24,000 nucleotides of DNA from Bacillus mojavensis (GTDB taxonomy: Bacteria > Bacillota > Bacilli > Bacillales > Bacillaceae), in NCBI RefSeq assembly GCF_031316635.1, contig NZ_VKPU01000004.1; one strand, 5' to 3'. The notes beneath the pieces are model-generated. The model was not told the DNA's origin. It ran no database searches and saw nothing but the letters and a program-made list of their open reading frames with translations. Each line of letters begins with the position of its first letter. Within the stretch, counting starts at the first letter, position 1. The position numbers were made by a program, and so were the translations under genes. Shown here one piece after another: positions 17,072 to 24,000 of the stretch.

Positions 17072-18457
17072 TTATGACGTCCGTTCATTGAGCACACGGC
17101 TTTGTCTATTGTTTTTCCTTTTAAAACGTTGTTTCAGGCTTGCTTCAATTTCTTCCAAGCTTTTCCCTTTGGTTTCAGGAACCATGTAAAGGGCGAAGAA
17201 AAATGAGAGAAGACAAATGACTGAGAAAATCATAAAGACCCATGCGATGCCCATCACGCTGAGCATGAGCGGGAAGACGAGCGACACGATCAGGTTGGCC
17301 GCCGATAGCACCAAAGTGGTGAACCCTGTCGCTGCTCCGCGCGCTTTGGACGGGAAGAGCTCAGGCATGAGCACCCAAACCACCGGCCCCCATGTCGCCT
17401 GGTAGAATACGATATAAACTCCGAGAAATACGACGGTGAGCCAAGCTGTTGATGTAGAGAGCCCCAGCATCAGGAGCACACCCGATAGTGCGGCCAAGCT
17501 CAGCGTAATGCCGACACTTCCCCAGATCAGAAGCTTTTTGCGGCCGACACGGTCAATTAAGATCATGGCGGTGATACACATGATGACGTTGAGGACACCG
17601 ATTCCCATTGTGCCGAGTGCAGAAGCTGACGTACCAAGGCCAGCCTTTGTAAAAATGGTTGGCGCATAGTATATCACCGTGTTAATGCCGACAGCCTGCT
17701 GGAATATAGCAAGACCGACCCCAATCAAAAGCATGGGACGAATCCATTTGGCTTTTAACACGCCGAGTGTTGTTTCTTTTTTCTCAGCTTCCCCTTGCTT
17801 CATCTCCGCCAATTCTATTTCAATATCTTTTGGATCATGAGTGATTTTCATGATTCGTTTTGCTTCATCTTCACGTCCGCGCTTCACGAGCCATCTTGGC
17901 GATTCCGGCATAAACGCGATCCCGATTAATAAAAGCACGGCAGGAACCGCAGCCAGCCCCACCATCCAGCGCCACGCTTCAAACGGTGTGAATAGAAAGT
18001 TTACAATATATGCAAGTAAAATACCGGTGACAATCATTAGGTTGTTCATCGTGCCGAGTGTTCCGCGGATTTTTGTCGGCGCCATTTCTGAAAGGTAGAC
18101 AGGCACCAGCGCCGTTGAACCGCCTACGGCTAAACCGAGAATGACCCGAGACATTATTAGCATGGTGACGGTTTGAGAAAACGCACAAGCGAGCGCCCCA
18201 ATGATAAAAATGATGGAAAGGACAAATACGACTTTTCTCCTGCCCCAGCGATCGGAGCACGTCCCGCTGAATGCGGAACCAAAAATCGCGCCGAGTAGCA
18301 GCATGCTGACAACCAATCCTTCTGTCAGTGTTGTTAAAGGGATATCATTGTTGATAAATAGCAGCGCGCCCGAGATGACGCCCGTATCGTAACCGTAAAG
18401 CAGCCCCCCTAAAGCGCCGAAAAAGTAGATCAAATATTTCCTTATATTTGTCTTCAC
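17072..18457 (-). CDS. csbC: MFS sugar transporter
   Basis: 461 aa, 12-TM sugar-porter family; GYDTGVISGAL, DRWGRRK, PESPRWL and PETKGKSLEEIE motifs; next to htpG. Confidence 0.87.
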   Translation of the reverse strand: MKTNIRKYLIYFFGALGGLLYGYDTGVISGALLFINNDIPLTTLTEGLVVSMLLLGAIFGSAFSGTCSDRWGRRKVVFVLSIIFIIGALACAFSQTVTMLIMSRVILGLAVGGSTALVPVYLSEMAPTKIRGTLGTMNNLMIVTGILLAYIVNFLFTPFEAWRWMVGLAAVPAVLLLIGIAFMPESPRWLVKRGREDEAKRIMKITHDPKDIEIELAEMKQGEAEKKETTLGVLKAKWIRPMLLIGVGLAIFQQAVGINTVIYYAPTIFTKAGLGTSASALGTMGIGVLNVIMCITAMILIDRVGRKKLLIWGSVGITLSLAALSGVLLMLGLSTSTAWLTVVFLGVYIVFYQATWGPVVWVLMPELFPSKARGAATGFTTLVLSAANLIVSLVFPLMLSVMGIAWVFMIFSVICLLSFFFALYMVPETKGKSLEEIEASLKQRFKRKNNRQSRVLNERTS

Positions 18458-18521
18458 AAATGTTCCTCCTCAGTCTTTGAGCCAATGAGTATGTACTATA
18501 TTTAACAAAGTTAATAGAGTA

Positions 18522-18548
18522 GTACCCTTTTCCTAATCGATTTGAAAC
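18522..18548 (-). promoter_or_regulatory. Possible sigma-B promoter of csbC
   Basis: Minus strand gtttca-N15-gggtac against sigma-B consensus GTTTaa-N12-15-GGGtAt; csbC is known as sigma-B controlled. Confidence 0.55.
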
Positions 18549-18585
18549 ATTTGTTTGAAAAAATCTTGATTTCACAAAAGGAAAT

Positions 18586-19098
18586 TCAAAGCCAAAACGA
18601 GGGATATTGGCGGTTTTTACGCAAGTTATTGATCACGATAGCGAGGATCACAATGATGGCAGATCCAATGAAAACAGGAAACAGTAAATAACTCCAAGCA
18701 TACGCCCCTTGAATGACAACAATGGGATCTGCGCCGGCAGGAGGATGAGTGGTTTTGGTCAGCATCATAAAGAAGATGGCAAGCCCTGTCCCCAATGCAA
18801 AAGTCCAGGGATGAGCCCCGAATATATGAAGGACAGCCAGTCCTGTAAGGGCAGATATAAAATGGCCGCCAATCACATTTCTCGGCTGCGATAAAGGTGC
18901 ATTCCAAGCGCTGAATACCAGTACGCAGCTAGCTCCAAAAGGGGCCATTAACCATGGGCTTGCTGTATAAGAGGTTAATACTGCAAGAGTCAGAATGGTG
19001 ATGAACCCTCCTAAAAATCCTGTGACGGCATCCTTTCCGTTTACCTGTAAAGGTGTTTTTCCTTTTCCTTTCATTTTCAAAAAGAAGTTGTTTTCCAC
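18586..19098 (-). CDS. HPP-family membrane protein
   Basis: 170 aa, four TM, GASCVLVFSAWNAPLSQPRNVIGGH, THPPAGADPIVV; SD tggaggg upstream. Confidence 0.8.
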   Translation of the reverse strand: MENNFFLKMKGKGKTPLQVNGKDAVTGFLGGFITILTLAVLTSYTASPWLMAPFGASCVLVFSAWNAPLSQPRNVIGGHFISALTGLAVLHIFGAHPWTFALGTGLAIFFMMLTKTTHPPAGADPIVVIQGAYAWSYLLFPVFIGSAIIVILAIVINNLRKNRQYPSFWL

Positions 19099-19167
19099 AT
19101 TTATCCCTCCAGTATGTATAGGATAATAGCTAAGAACTAACCTGTCAATTTTATTTTTAATGGTTAG

Positions 19168-19206
19168 TTTTTGACTTCAATAAAAAAACCGTTCTCTGGG
19201 GACGGT
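19168..19206 (-). terminator. Terminator downstream of the CGNR gene
   Basis: aaaaaaccgttctctggggacggttttttac on the plus strand; symmetric arms. Confidence 0.75.
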
Positions 19207-19209
19207 TTT

Positions 19210-19776
19210 TTACTCATTATTGATTTTTTTTTGATGGCGAGAGACTTTTTGCCTGTTACCGCATATCTTCATGGAGCACCATTTCCGCCTTCCTGTTTTA
19301 TCAAGAAAAAGCAAAATGCACTTTTCGTTTGCGCACCGTTTCAGCTGTTGGATGTCGTTTGTATGAATCAGCCATAAAGCATCGTAAGCGATAAGCGATA
19401 AAATGGAATCATCTAGTTTTCCATTTGGAATACGGGCAAGTTTGTCATCTAAGATTTGATAAGAAAAAGGAGCGGCGGCGATTTGATCTTGCAGGAAAGC
19501 GATAAAAGCTTGAGAAGGTTCACTGCCTTCGGCAATACTCTCAAAATGTTTTCTCAGCTCCGCGCGGAATTGGTGAATCCGTTGCAATGGTTCTTGGACT
19601 TGCTGTAGTGTAAAAGAACTGAGAAAAGGAGCAGTTTCTCCCATTAATTCTAACCATGCCATCAGATCTTTTTCTGACTGGATAAGATCGTGCCGTTTAT
19701 CATAGCTTATGATTTCAGTATTAACGAGATCGAGAGAAAGGTTTTGTGTGATAAGAGGGAAATGAGCATTTGTCAT
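19210..19776 (-). CDS. ABATE/CGNR zinc-finger-type putative transcriptional regulator
   Basis: NLSLDLVNTEI N-terminus and C-terminal CANEKCILLFLDKTGRRKWCSMKICGNRQKVSRHQKK. SD gaaagga before ATG 19776; 188 aa rather than 228. Confidence 0.82.
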   Translation of the reverse strand: MTNAHFPLITQNLSLDLVNTEIISYDKRHDLIQSEKDLMAWLELMGETAPFLSSFTLQQVQEPLQRIHQFRAELRKHFESIAEGSEPSQAFIAFLQDQIAAAPFSYQILDDKLARIPNGKLDDSILSLIAYDALWLIHTNDIQQLKRCANEKCILLFLDKTGRRKWCSMKICGNRQKVSRHQKKINNE

Positions 19777-19798
19777 TGGAATCATTCCTTTCACAATC

Positions 19799-19828
19799 AT
19801 TGTAAGCGCCAAAACCTTTTTCACGCAA
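19799..19828 (-). promoter_or_regulatory. Possible promoter of the CGNR gene
   Basis: Minus strand TTGCGT-N18-TACAAT just upstream of the SD. Confidence 0.45.
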
Positions 19829-19912
19829 GGATATGAGTAAAAGGCGGTGCTCATCCCGTTAACGGAAAACAGGCCGTTTCTGTACCTGCATTTCATGGAC
19901 GGGAGGAAAAAA

Positions 19913-19950
19913 CATAAAAAAAACCTTACTCGCCCGGAGTAAGGTTTTAA
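19913..19950 (-). terminator. Terminator downstream of yxcD
   Basis: aaaaaaaccttactcgcccggagtaaggtttt. Confidence 0.8.
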
Positions 19951-19961
19951 TTAGGACATTT

Positions 19962-20270
19962 TTATGCTTCTCCCTCGTTGACGAAAACCAAGGCGGAGAA
20001 TCCTTTTTTCTTATCAAACTGCAATTCAACGACGGTAACGTCTGGATTGAAGTTATGGTACTCCTCTAAGAACTGAATAATGCCTTCTGAAATGTCATCT
20101 GACTCAAGCTGCTTGTGATGCAGGCCATATTTGGCTTCAGCGAAAAATCCTGTACGCTTGTTGTAAGACAGCTCTTTTACTTCAACGTCTTCAGGGTAAA
20201 TCTCTTCTTCATTAGAAATATACACACAAATCCCGTCTACAATTTCTTGCTCGTTTAATACCAATCTCAT
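19962..20270 (-). CDS. yxcD: DUF2653 (YxcD-family) small protein
   Basis: MRLVLNEQEIVDGICVYISNEEEIYPEDVEVKEL..., SD aaggaga; 3 nt after the upstream ORF stop. Confidence 0.8.
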   Translation of the reverse strand: MRLVLNEQEIVDGICVYISNEEEIYPEDVEVKELSYNKRTGFFAEAKYGLHHKQLESDDISEGIIQFLEEYHNFNPDVTVVELQFDKKKGFSALVFVNEGEA

Positions 20271-20273
20271 TAC

Positions 20274-20924
20274 CTAAAATCTCCTTCTGTACGTCTTCGG
20301 TGTTTTAAATGCGCGAATGATTGCAATGACAATGATTAATATAATGATCAAAGCGATGACATCAACGATCCAGGCAATAGGCGAAGGGCCATAAGAAACA
20401 TAGCCTGGGCCCCCGACTGGATGATAAGTGTAACCCCAAGGGTGCATCATGCTGATCATGAACATGCTCGTTGTGAATCCGCTATAATAGCCAAACCATC
20501 CTGATGGCGAGAATCCTGCATTGTAATAATGATTCACTGAAACATAACGTCCGCCAACATAAGCTTTAGATGTTTTTCCGCTGTATGTCTTTCCGCTTAC
20601 TTTTGATGTGGCACCGGAAAACGTGCCTGACGATGTTTTAGAGCTTGATGAGCTTGTCTTATCGGAAGATTTCTTTTTCAGCGAAATCGATGATGATGAA
20701 TCATCAGACGTTTTGGAGTTTTTGCTTGAAGAGCTTGATCCTGAACTGTAGCTGGATTTCGGGCTGGATTTATAGCTTCCGCTGTATGACGAGCTTGAAC
20801 TTCGGCTGCTGTGACTGGATGATGAGCGGCCACTAAAACTTTTTGCATGAGAAATGGTTGATGGCAGCAGTACACCTAAAGCAACGGTTACTGCAACTAA
20901 GGCTTTTACATATTTCAGTTTCAT
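20274..20924 (-). CDS. Serine-rich exported/membrane-anchored protein of unknown function
   Basis: Signal-peptide-like N-terminus (VKALVAVTVALGVLLPSTISHA), about 80-residue Ser/Lys low-complexity region, Tyr/Gly-rich segment, TM IAWIVDVIALIIILIIVIAII, basic tail. Confidence 0.8.
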   Translation of the reverse strand: MKLKYVKALVAVTVALGVLLPSTISHAKSFSGRSSSSHSSRSSSSSYSGSYKSSPKSSYSSGSSSSSKNSKTSDDSSSSISLKKKSSDKTSSSSSKTSSGTFSGATSKVSGKTYSGKTSKAYVGGRYVSVNHYYNAGFSPSGWFGYYSGFTTSMFMISMMHPWGYTYHPVGGPGYVSYGPSPIAWIVDVIALIIILIIVIAIIRAFKTPKTYRRRF

Positions 20925-21152
20925 TCTGTTTCCTCCATAGGCCGCAACGGCCCGTTATTTCTGGTTTGAATCATCAGCAAAAGTGAAAGAGGGGCCAGAT
21001 AGATGAGCTTATTCTAGCGTTATATCAATCTTTCATATCGTATTTAGCTTTTTCAATCACTTTCTTTCTGAGATAAACTCCCTTTATTTTATCGGATTCA
21101 TGGCTCTTTTTGTAAGTTTTACATCAAAATCAAACCAATTTCTGGGCAAATG

Positions 21153-21190
21153 AAAACAGCCTTCCCAATGGAGAAGGCTGTTTTTTTTTC
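21153..21190 (-). terminator. Terminator downstream of iolS
   Basis: aaaacagccttcccaatggagaaggctgtttttttt: 8-bp arms with A/T runs on both sides. Confidence 0.8.
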
Positions 21191-22123
21191 TTATGCGAAC
21201 AGTTGATCAATAAATGAAATATCCTCTTGAGAAAGCGTCACGTCAGCTGTTTTGATGTTATCAAGCAGCTGATCGGCGCGTTTTGCGCCGGGGATTAAAA
21301 TATCGATTTCCGGTCTTGCCAAATACCAAGCCAATACGATGTGAGGGATGTCCACGTTGTGCTTTTCAGCAATTGGCGCAAGCTTGTTGACCTTTCTGAT
21401 ATTTTCTTTGAAACGCTCACCCTTGAAGTGTTCCTGTTCGTTTCGCAGGTCTCCTTCAGGGAACGTTGTATCTTCTGTATACTTTCCTGCCAATAATCCA
21501 GATACGAGCGGGAAGTAAGGAATAAATGAAATATTATGCTCCTTCGTATACGGGAAGAATGTGTTTTCCGCTTCACGGTTTAACAGGTTGTATTCGCCTT
21601 GCAATACATCTACTAATCCGTCTCTGTTTGCTTCTTTCAATTGCTCTAAAGAGAAATTGGATACACCGATGGAACGGATTTTTCCGGCTTGCTTCATTTC
21701 ATTCAGTGCGTTAACCGCTTCATCCTTCGGCGTATGTTCATCCGGGAAGTGAATGTAGAACAGATCGATATAGTCAGTTTTCAAACGCTTCAGGCTTTCA
21801 TCAACCGATTTTTTAAGAAATGCTGGTGAATTATCAAAGACAAAGTCATTTCCTTCTTTTCGGTGTGCGGCTTTCGTGGCGATGACGACATCTTCGCGGT
21901 TGAATTCGCGCAGCACCTCACCAATTAATTCTTCGGAACGGCCGATCCCATAAATGTAAGCGGTATCTAACATGGTCACGCCATTGCGAATGGCCTCGCG
22001 AACCAATTCTTTTCCGGTTTCTTCATTCAGATTCGGGTAGAGGTTATGTCCTCCTACAGCATTTGTTCCTAATCCGATAGGGAATACCTGCAAGTCTGAT
22101 TTTCCGAGCGTTGCTTTTTTCAT
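21191..22123 (-). CDS. iolS: Aldo/keto reductase IolS
   Basis: 310 aa; [25 protein letters not shown] and [11 protein letters not shown] motifs; adjacent to iolR. Confidence 0.92.
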   Translation of the reverse strand: MKKATLGKSDLQVFPIGLGTNAVGGHNLYPNLNEETGKELVREAIRNGVTMLDTAYIYGIGRSEELIGEVLREFNREDVVIATKAAHRKEGNDFVFDNSPAFLKKSVDESLKRLKTDYIDLFYIHFPDEHTPKDEAVNALNEMKQAGKIRSIGVSNFSLEQLKEANRDGLVDVLQGEYNLLNREAENTFFPYTKEHNISFIPYFPLVSGLLAGKYTEDTTFPEGDLRNEQEHFKGERFKENIRKVNKLAPIAEKHNVDIPHIVLAWYLARPEIDILIPGAKRADQLLDNIKTADVTLSQEDISFIDQLFA

Positions 22124-22176
22124 GATCTACCTCCTGGAATAAAATTGATGAAAGACTCTCAATACTATTGTAAACG

Positions 22177-22932
22177 TTAAGCTAGATGAATGCCGATTTG
22201 GTGCTCATGGCAGTACTGCGTGTACTCGTCATCTAACGGCTGAGATGTCACAATACAATGCAGTCTGTCAAAGGGCGCATAGGTCAGCAGCGTTGATTTT
22301 CCGAATTTAGAATGATCGGCCAATAAATACACTTCTTTCGCTTTTTCAGAAATCCTCTTTTTAATGTCGTACTCGAGCAGATCCGAATTGGTCAATCCGT
22401 GTGTCAGTGTTGTTCCGGTTGCGGACATAAAGGCTTTGTTGATATTGTACTTCTCCAAGGTACCGGGATCATCCATGCCGACAAAGGAGCGTGTTTTTCT
22501 TTTATAGTTGTTTCCGATGATGATTAAGTTGATATGTTTCAAAGCCGCCGCCGCATTGATAATGTCCAAACTGTTGGTTAAAATGGTGACATTTTTGTTC
22601 GGATCAAGCGTATCGAGAATCGATTTGGTCGTTGTTCCTGAGTCAATGAAGATTAAGTCATGGTCTTCAATAAAACGGGAGGCGTAATGGGCAATTTTTG
22701 TTTTTTCATCTTGGTGCTGGATGGTGCGATTCTCAAAAGGAACCAATGCGGTTTTCTCAATTGATGTTACGCCGCCGTATACTTTTTCGATGGCACCCTT
22801 TTCCGTTAGCTTGTTGATATCGCGTCTGACTGTGTTTTTCGAGACATTGAAAACCTGGCACAGCTCATCTAAGGAAACAGTGCCATGCGATAAAATGTAC
22901 TCCTCCATTTCCTGTATCCGCATCAGTTTCAT
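22177..22932 (-). CDS. iolR: DeoR-family repressor IolR
   Basis: MKLMRIQEMEEYILSHGTVSLDELCQVFNVSKNTVRRDINKL..., 251 aa from ATG 22932 (track 269 aa); divergent from iolA. Confidence 0.93.
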   Translation of the reverse strand: MKLMRIQEMEEYILSHGTVSLDELCQVFNVSKNTVRRDINKLTEKGAIEKVYGGVTSIEKTALVPFENRTIQHQDEKTKIAHYASRFIEDHDLIFIDSGTTTKSILDTLDPNKNVTILTNSLDIINAAAALKHINLIIIGNNYKRKTRSFVGMDDPGTLEKYNINKAFMSATGTTLTHGLTNSDLLEYDIKKRISEKAKEVYLLADHSKFGKSTLLTYAPFDRLHCIVTSQPLDDEYTQYCHEHQIGIHLA

Positions 22933-22979
22933 ACAAAAAACTCCTTCTTGAATCTTAAAGTAATGTAAATATATAATAA

Positions 22980-23001
22980 AAATCAAAAGTTAATCAATAG
23001 T
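22980..23001. promoter_or_regulatory. Tandem IolR-type operator repeats in the iolR promoter region
   Basis: Contiguous 11-mers AAATCAAAAGT and TAATCAATAGT, both fitting WRAYCAADARD. Confidence 0.7.
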
Positions 23002-23122
23002 TGCTTAAAAAATGATAACATTGGTATAAATTTTTTTCAAGATTCACCGAACTTGCAGGCGATCTCTTCCATTGCTGAAAGATTAGTATAATAAAAATAA
23101 TGAGAAAATTTAGTGTTTATGA

Positions 23123-23151
23123 TTGACTTATGGGTATTATACGATTAGAAT
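23123..23151 (+). promoter_or_regulatory. iol operon sigma-A promoter
   Basis: ttgact-N17-tagaat. Confidence 0.8.
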
Positions 23152-23175
23152 ATAACCAAGAAATGACCAAGAAGT
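23152..23175 (+). promoter_or_regulatory. Tandem IolR-type operator repeats at the iolA promoter
   Basis: taaccaagaaa and tgaccaagaag, both fitting WRAYCAADARD, just downstream of the -10. Confidence 0.75.
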
Positions 23176-23255
23176 AACCTGACATGTGTGATTTCAGTGA
23201 TGAAATGGTTGCTTGCATAACACATGTATCTAACCATTGATTTTTTTTGGTTTTT

Positions 23256-23270
23256 TTGAAAGCGTTTAAT
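23256..23270 (+). promoter_or_regulatory. CcpA cre-like site in the iol leader
   Basis: ttgaaagcgtttaat versus WTGNAANCGNWNNCW, one mismatch. Confidence 0.65.
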
Positions 23271-23341
23271 TCTTATCATATGAATCTATCCTGAACCATC
23301 CATACAAGTGTATGTGTTTACTAATGAAGGAGGCAATAAGA

Positions 23342-24000
23342 ATGGCAGAAATCAGAAAATTAAAAAACTATATCAACGGTGAATGGGTTGAAAGCAAAAC
23401 AGATCAATATGAAGACGTTATCAATCCGGCAACGAAAGAAGTGCTGTGCCAAGTGCCGATTTCTACAAAAGAAGACATTGATTACGCGGCTCAAACAGCG
23501 GCTGAGGCATTTAAAACATGGTCGAAAGTGGCGGTTCCGCGCCGTGCGAGAATTCTATTTACCTTCCAGCAGCTGCTGTCTCAGCATAAAGAAGAACTTG
23601 CTCATCTAATCACCATCGAAAACGGCAAAAATACAAAAGAAGCTCTGGGAGAAGTGGGACGCGGGATTGAAAACGTTGAGTTCGCGGCAGGCGCGCCTTC
23701 TCTGATGATGGGAGACTCACTTGCATCTATTGCGACGGATGTTGAAGCGGCCAACTACCGCTACCCAATTGGAGTTGTCGGCGGAATCGCACCATTTAAC
23801 TTCCCGATGATGGTTCCTTGCTGGATGTTCCCAATGGCCATTGCACTCGGCAACACTTTTATTTTAAAACCGTCTGAGCGTACGCCGCTGTTAACGGAGA
23901 AATTGGTTGAGCTCTTCGAAAAAGCGGGCCTTCCTAAAGGTGTTTTCAACGTCGTATATGGTGCACATGATGTGGTAAACGGCATTCTGGAGCATCCTGA
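23342..24000 (+). CDS. iolA: Methylmalonate-semialdehyde dehydrogenase IolA (MmsA), truncated by window end
   Basis: [39 protein letters not shown]..., [38 protein letters not shown]; SD ggaggca; open at right edge. Confidence 0.95.
   Translation, partial: MAEIRKLKNYINGEWVESKTDQYEDVINPATKEVLCQVPISTKEDIDYAAQTAAEAFKTWSKVAVPRRARILFTFQQLLSQHKEELAHLITIENGKNTKEALGEVGRGIENVEFAAGAPSLMMGDSLASIATDVEAANYRYPIGVVGGIAPFNFPMMVPCWMFPMAIALGNTFILKPSERTPLLTEKLVELFEKAGLPKGVFNVVYGAHDVVNGILEHP

Noticed and set aside
18626-18907. 93-aa minus-strand ORF and plus-strand ORF at 18709
   Set aside because: Both overlap the HPP-family gene in other frames, with no independent evidence.
1-24000. CRISPR array, rRNA or tRNA genes, or phage-defence system
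   Set aside because: No regularly spaced direct repeats, rRNA-like or cloverleaf segments, or recognisable defence nucleases/helicases were seen by eye in this window.

Overview
The window looks like a Bacillus subtilis-group chromosome, covering the yxnA-qdoR-qdoI-yxaH-yxaI ... aldX-yxbF ... yxbG-yxcA-htpG-csbC ... yxcD ... iolS-iolR-iolA region. Family names come from protein motifs and remembered gene order; no database was searched. The main accessory element is an AT-rich cassette at about 8.57-13.49 kb, on the minus strand, between yxbF and yxbG. In transcription order it has a sigma-A-like promoter (TTGATT-N17-TATAAT), two small Gly/Ala-rich prepeptides with canonical double-glycine leaders, a strong intercistronic hairpin, a two-TM small protein (candidate immunity), a C39-peptidase-containing ABC exporter, a long coiled-coil HlyD-type accessory protein and another small membrane ORF. 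It has no lantibiotic-type or other modification enzyme, and the predicted mature peptides lack Cys. The best reading is an unmodified, probably two-peptide (class IIb-like) bacteriocin system. Both mature peptides have long runs of small residues every fourth position (glycine-zipper architecture). A second accessory block (an HPP-family membrane protein and an ABATE/CGNR zinc-finger regulator) lies between csbC and yxcD. Regulatory sites supported by sequence include paired QdoR/LmrA-type boxes before qdoI, tandem IolR-type repeats at both iol promoters, a cre-like site and a hairpin in the iol leader, a sigma-B-like csbC promoter and several terminators.
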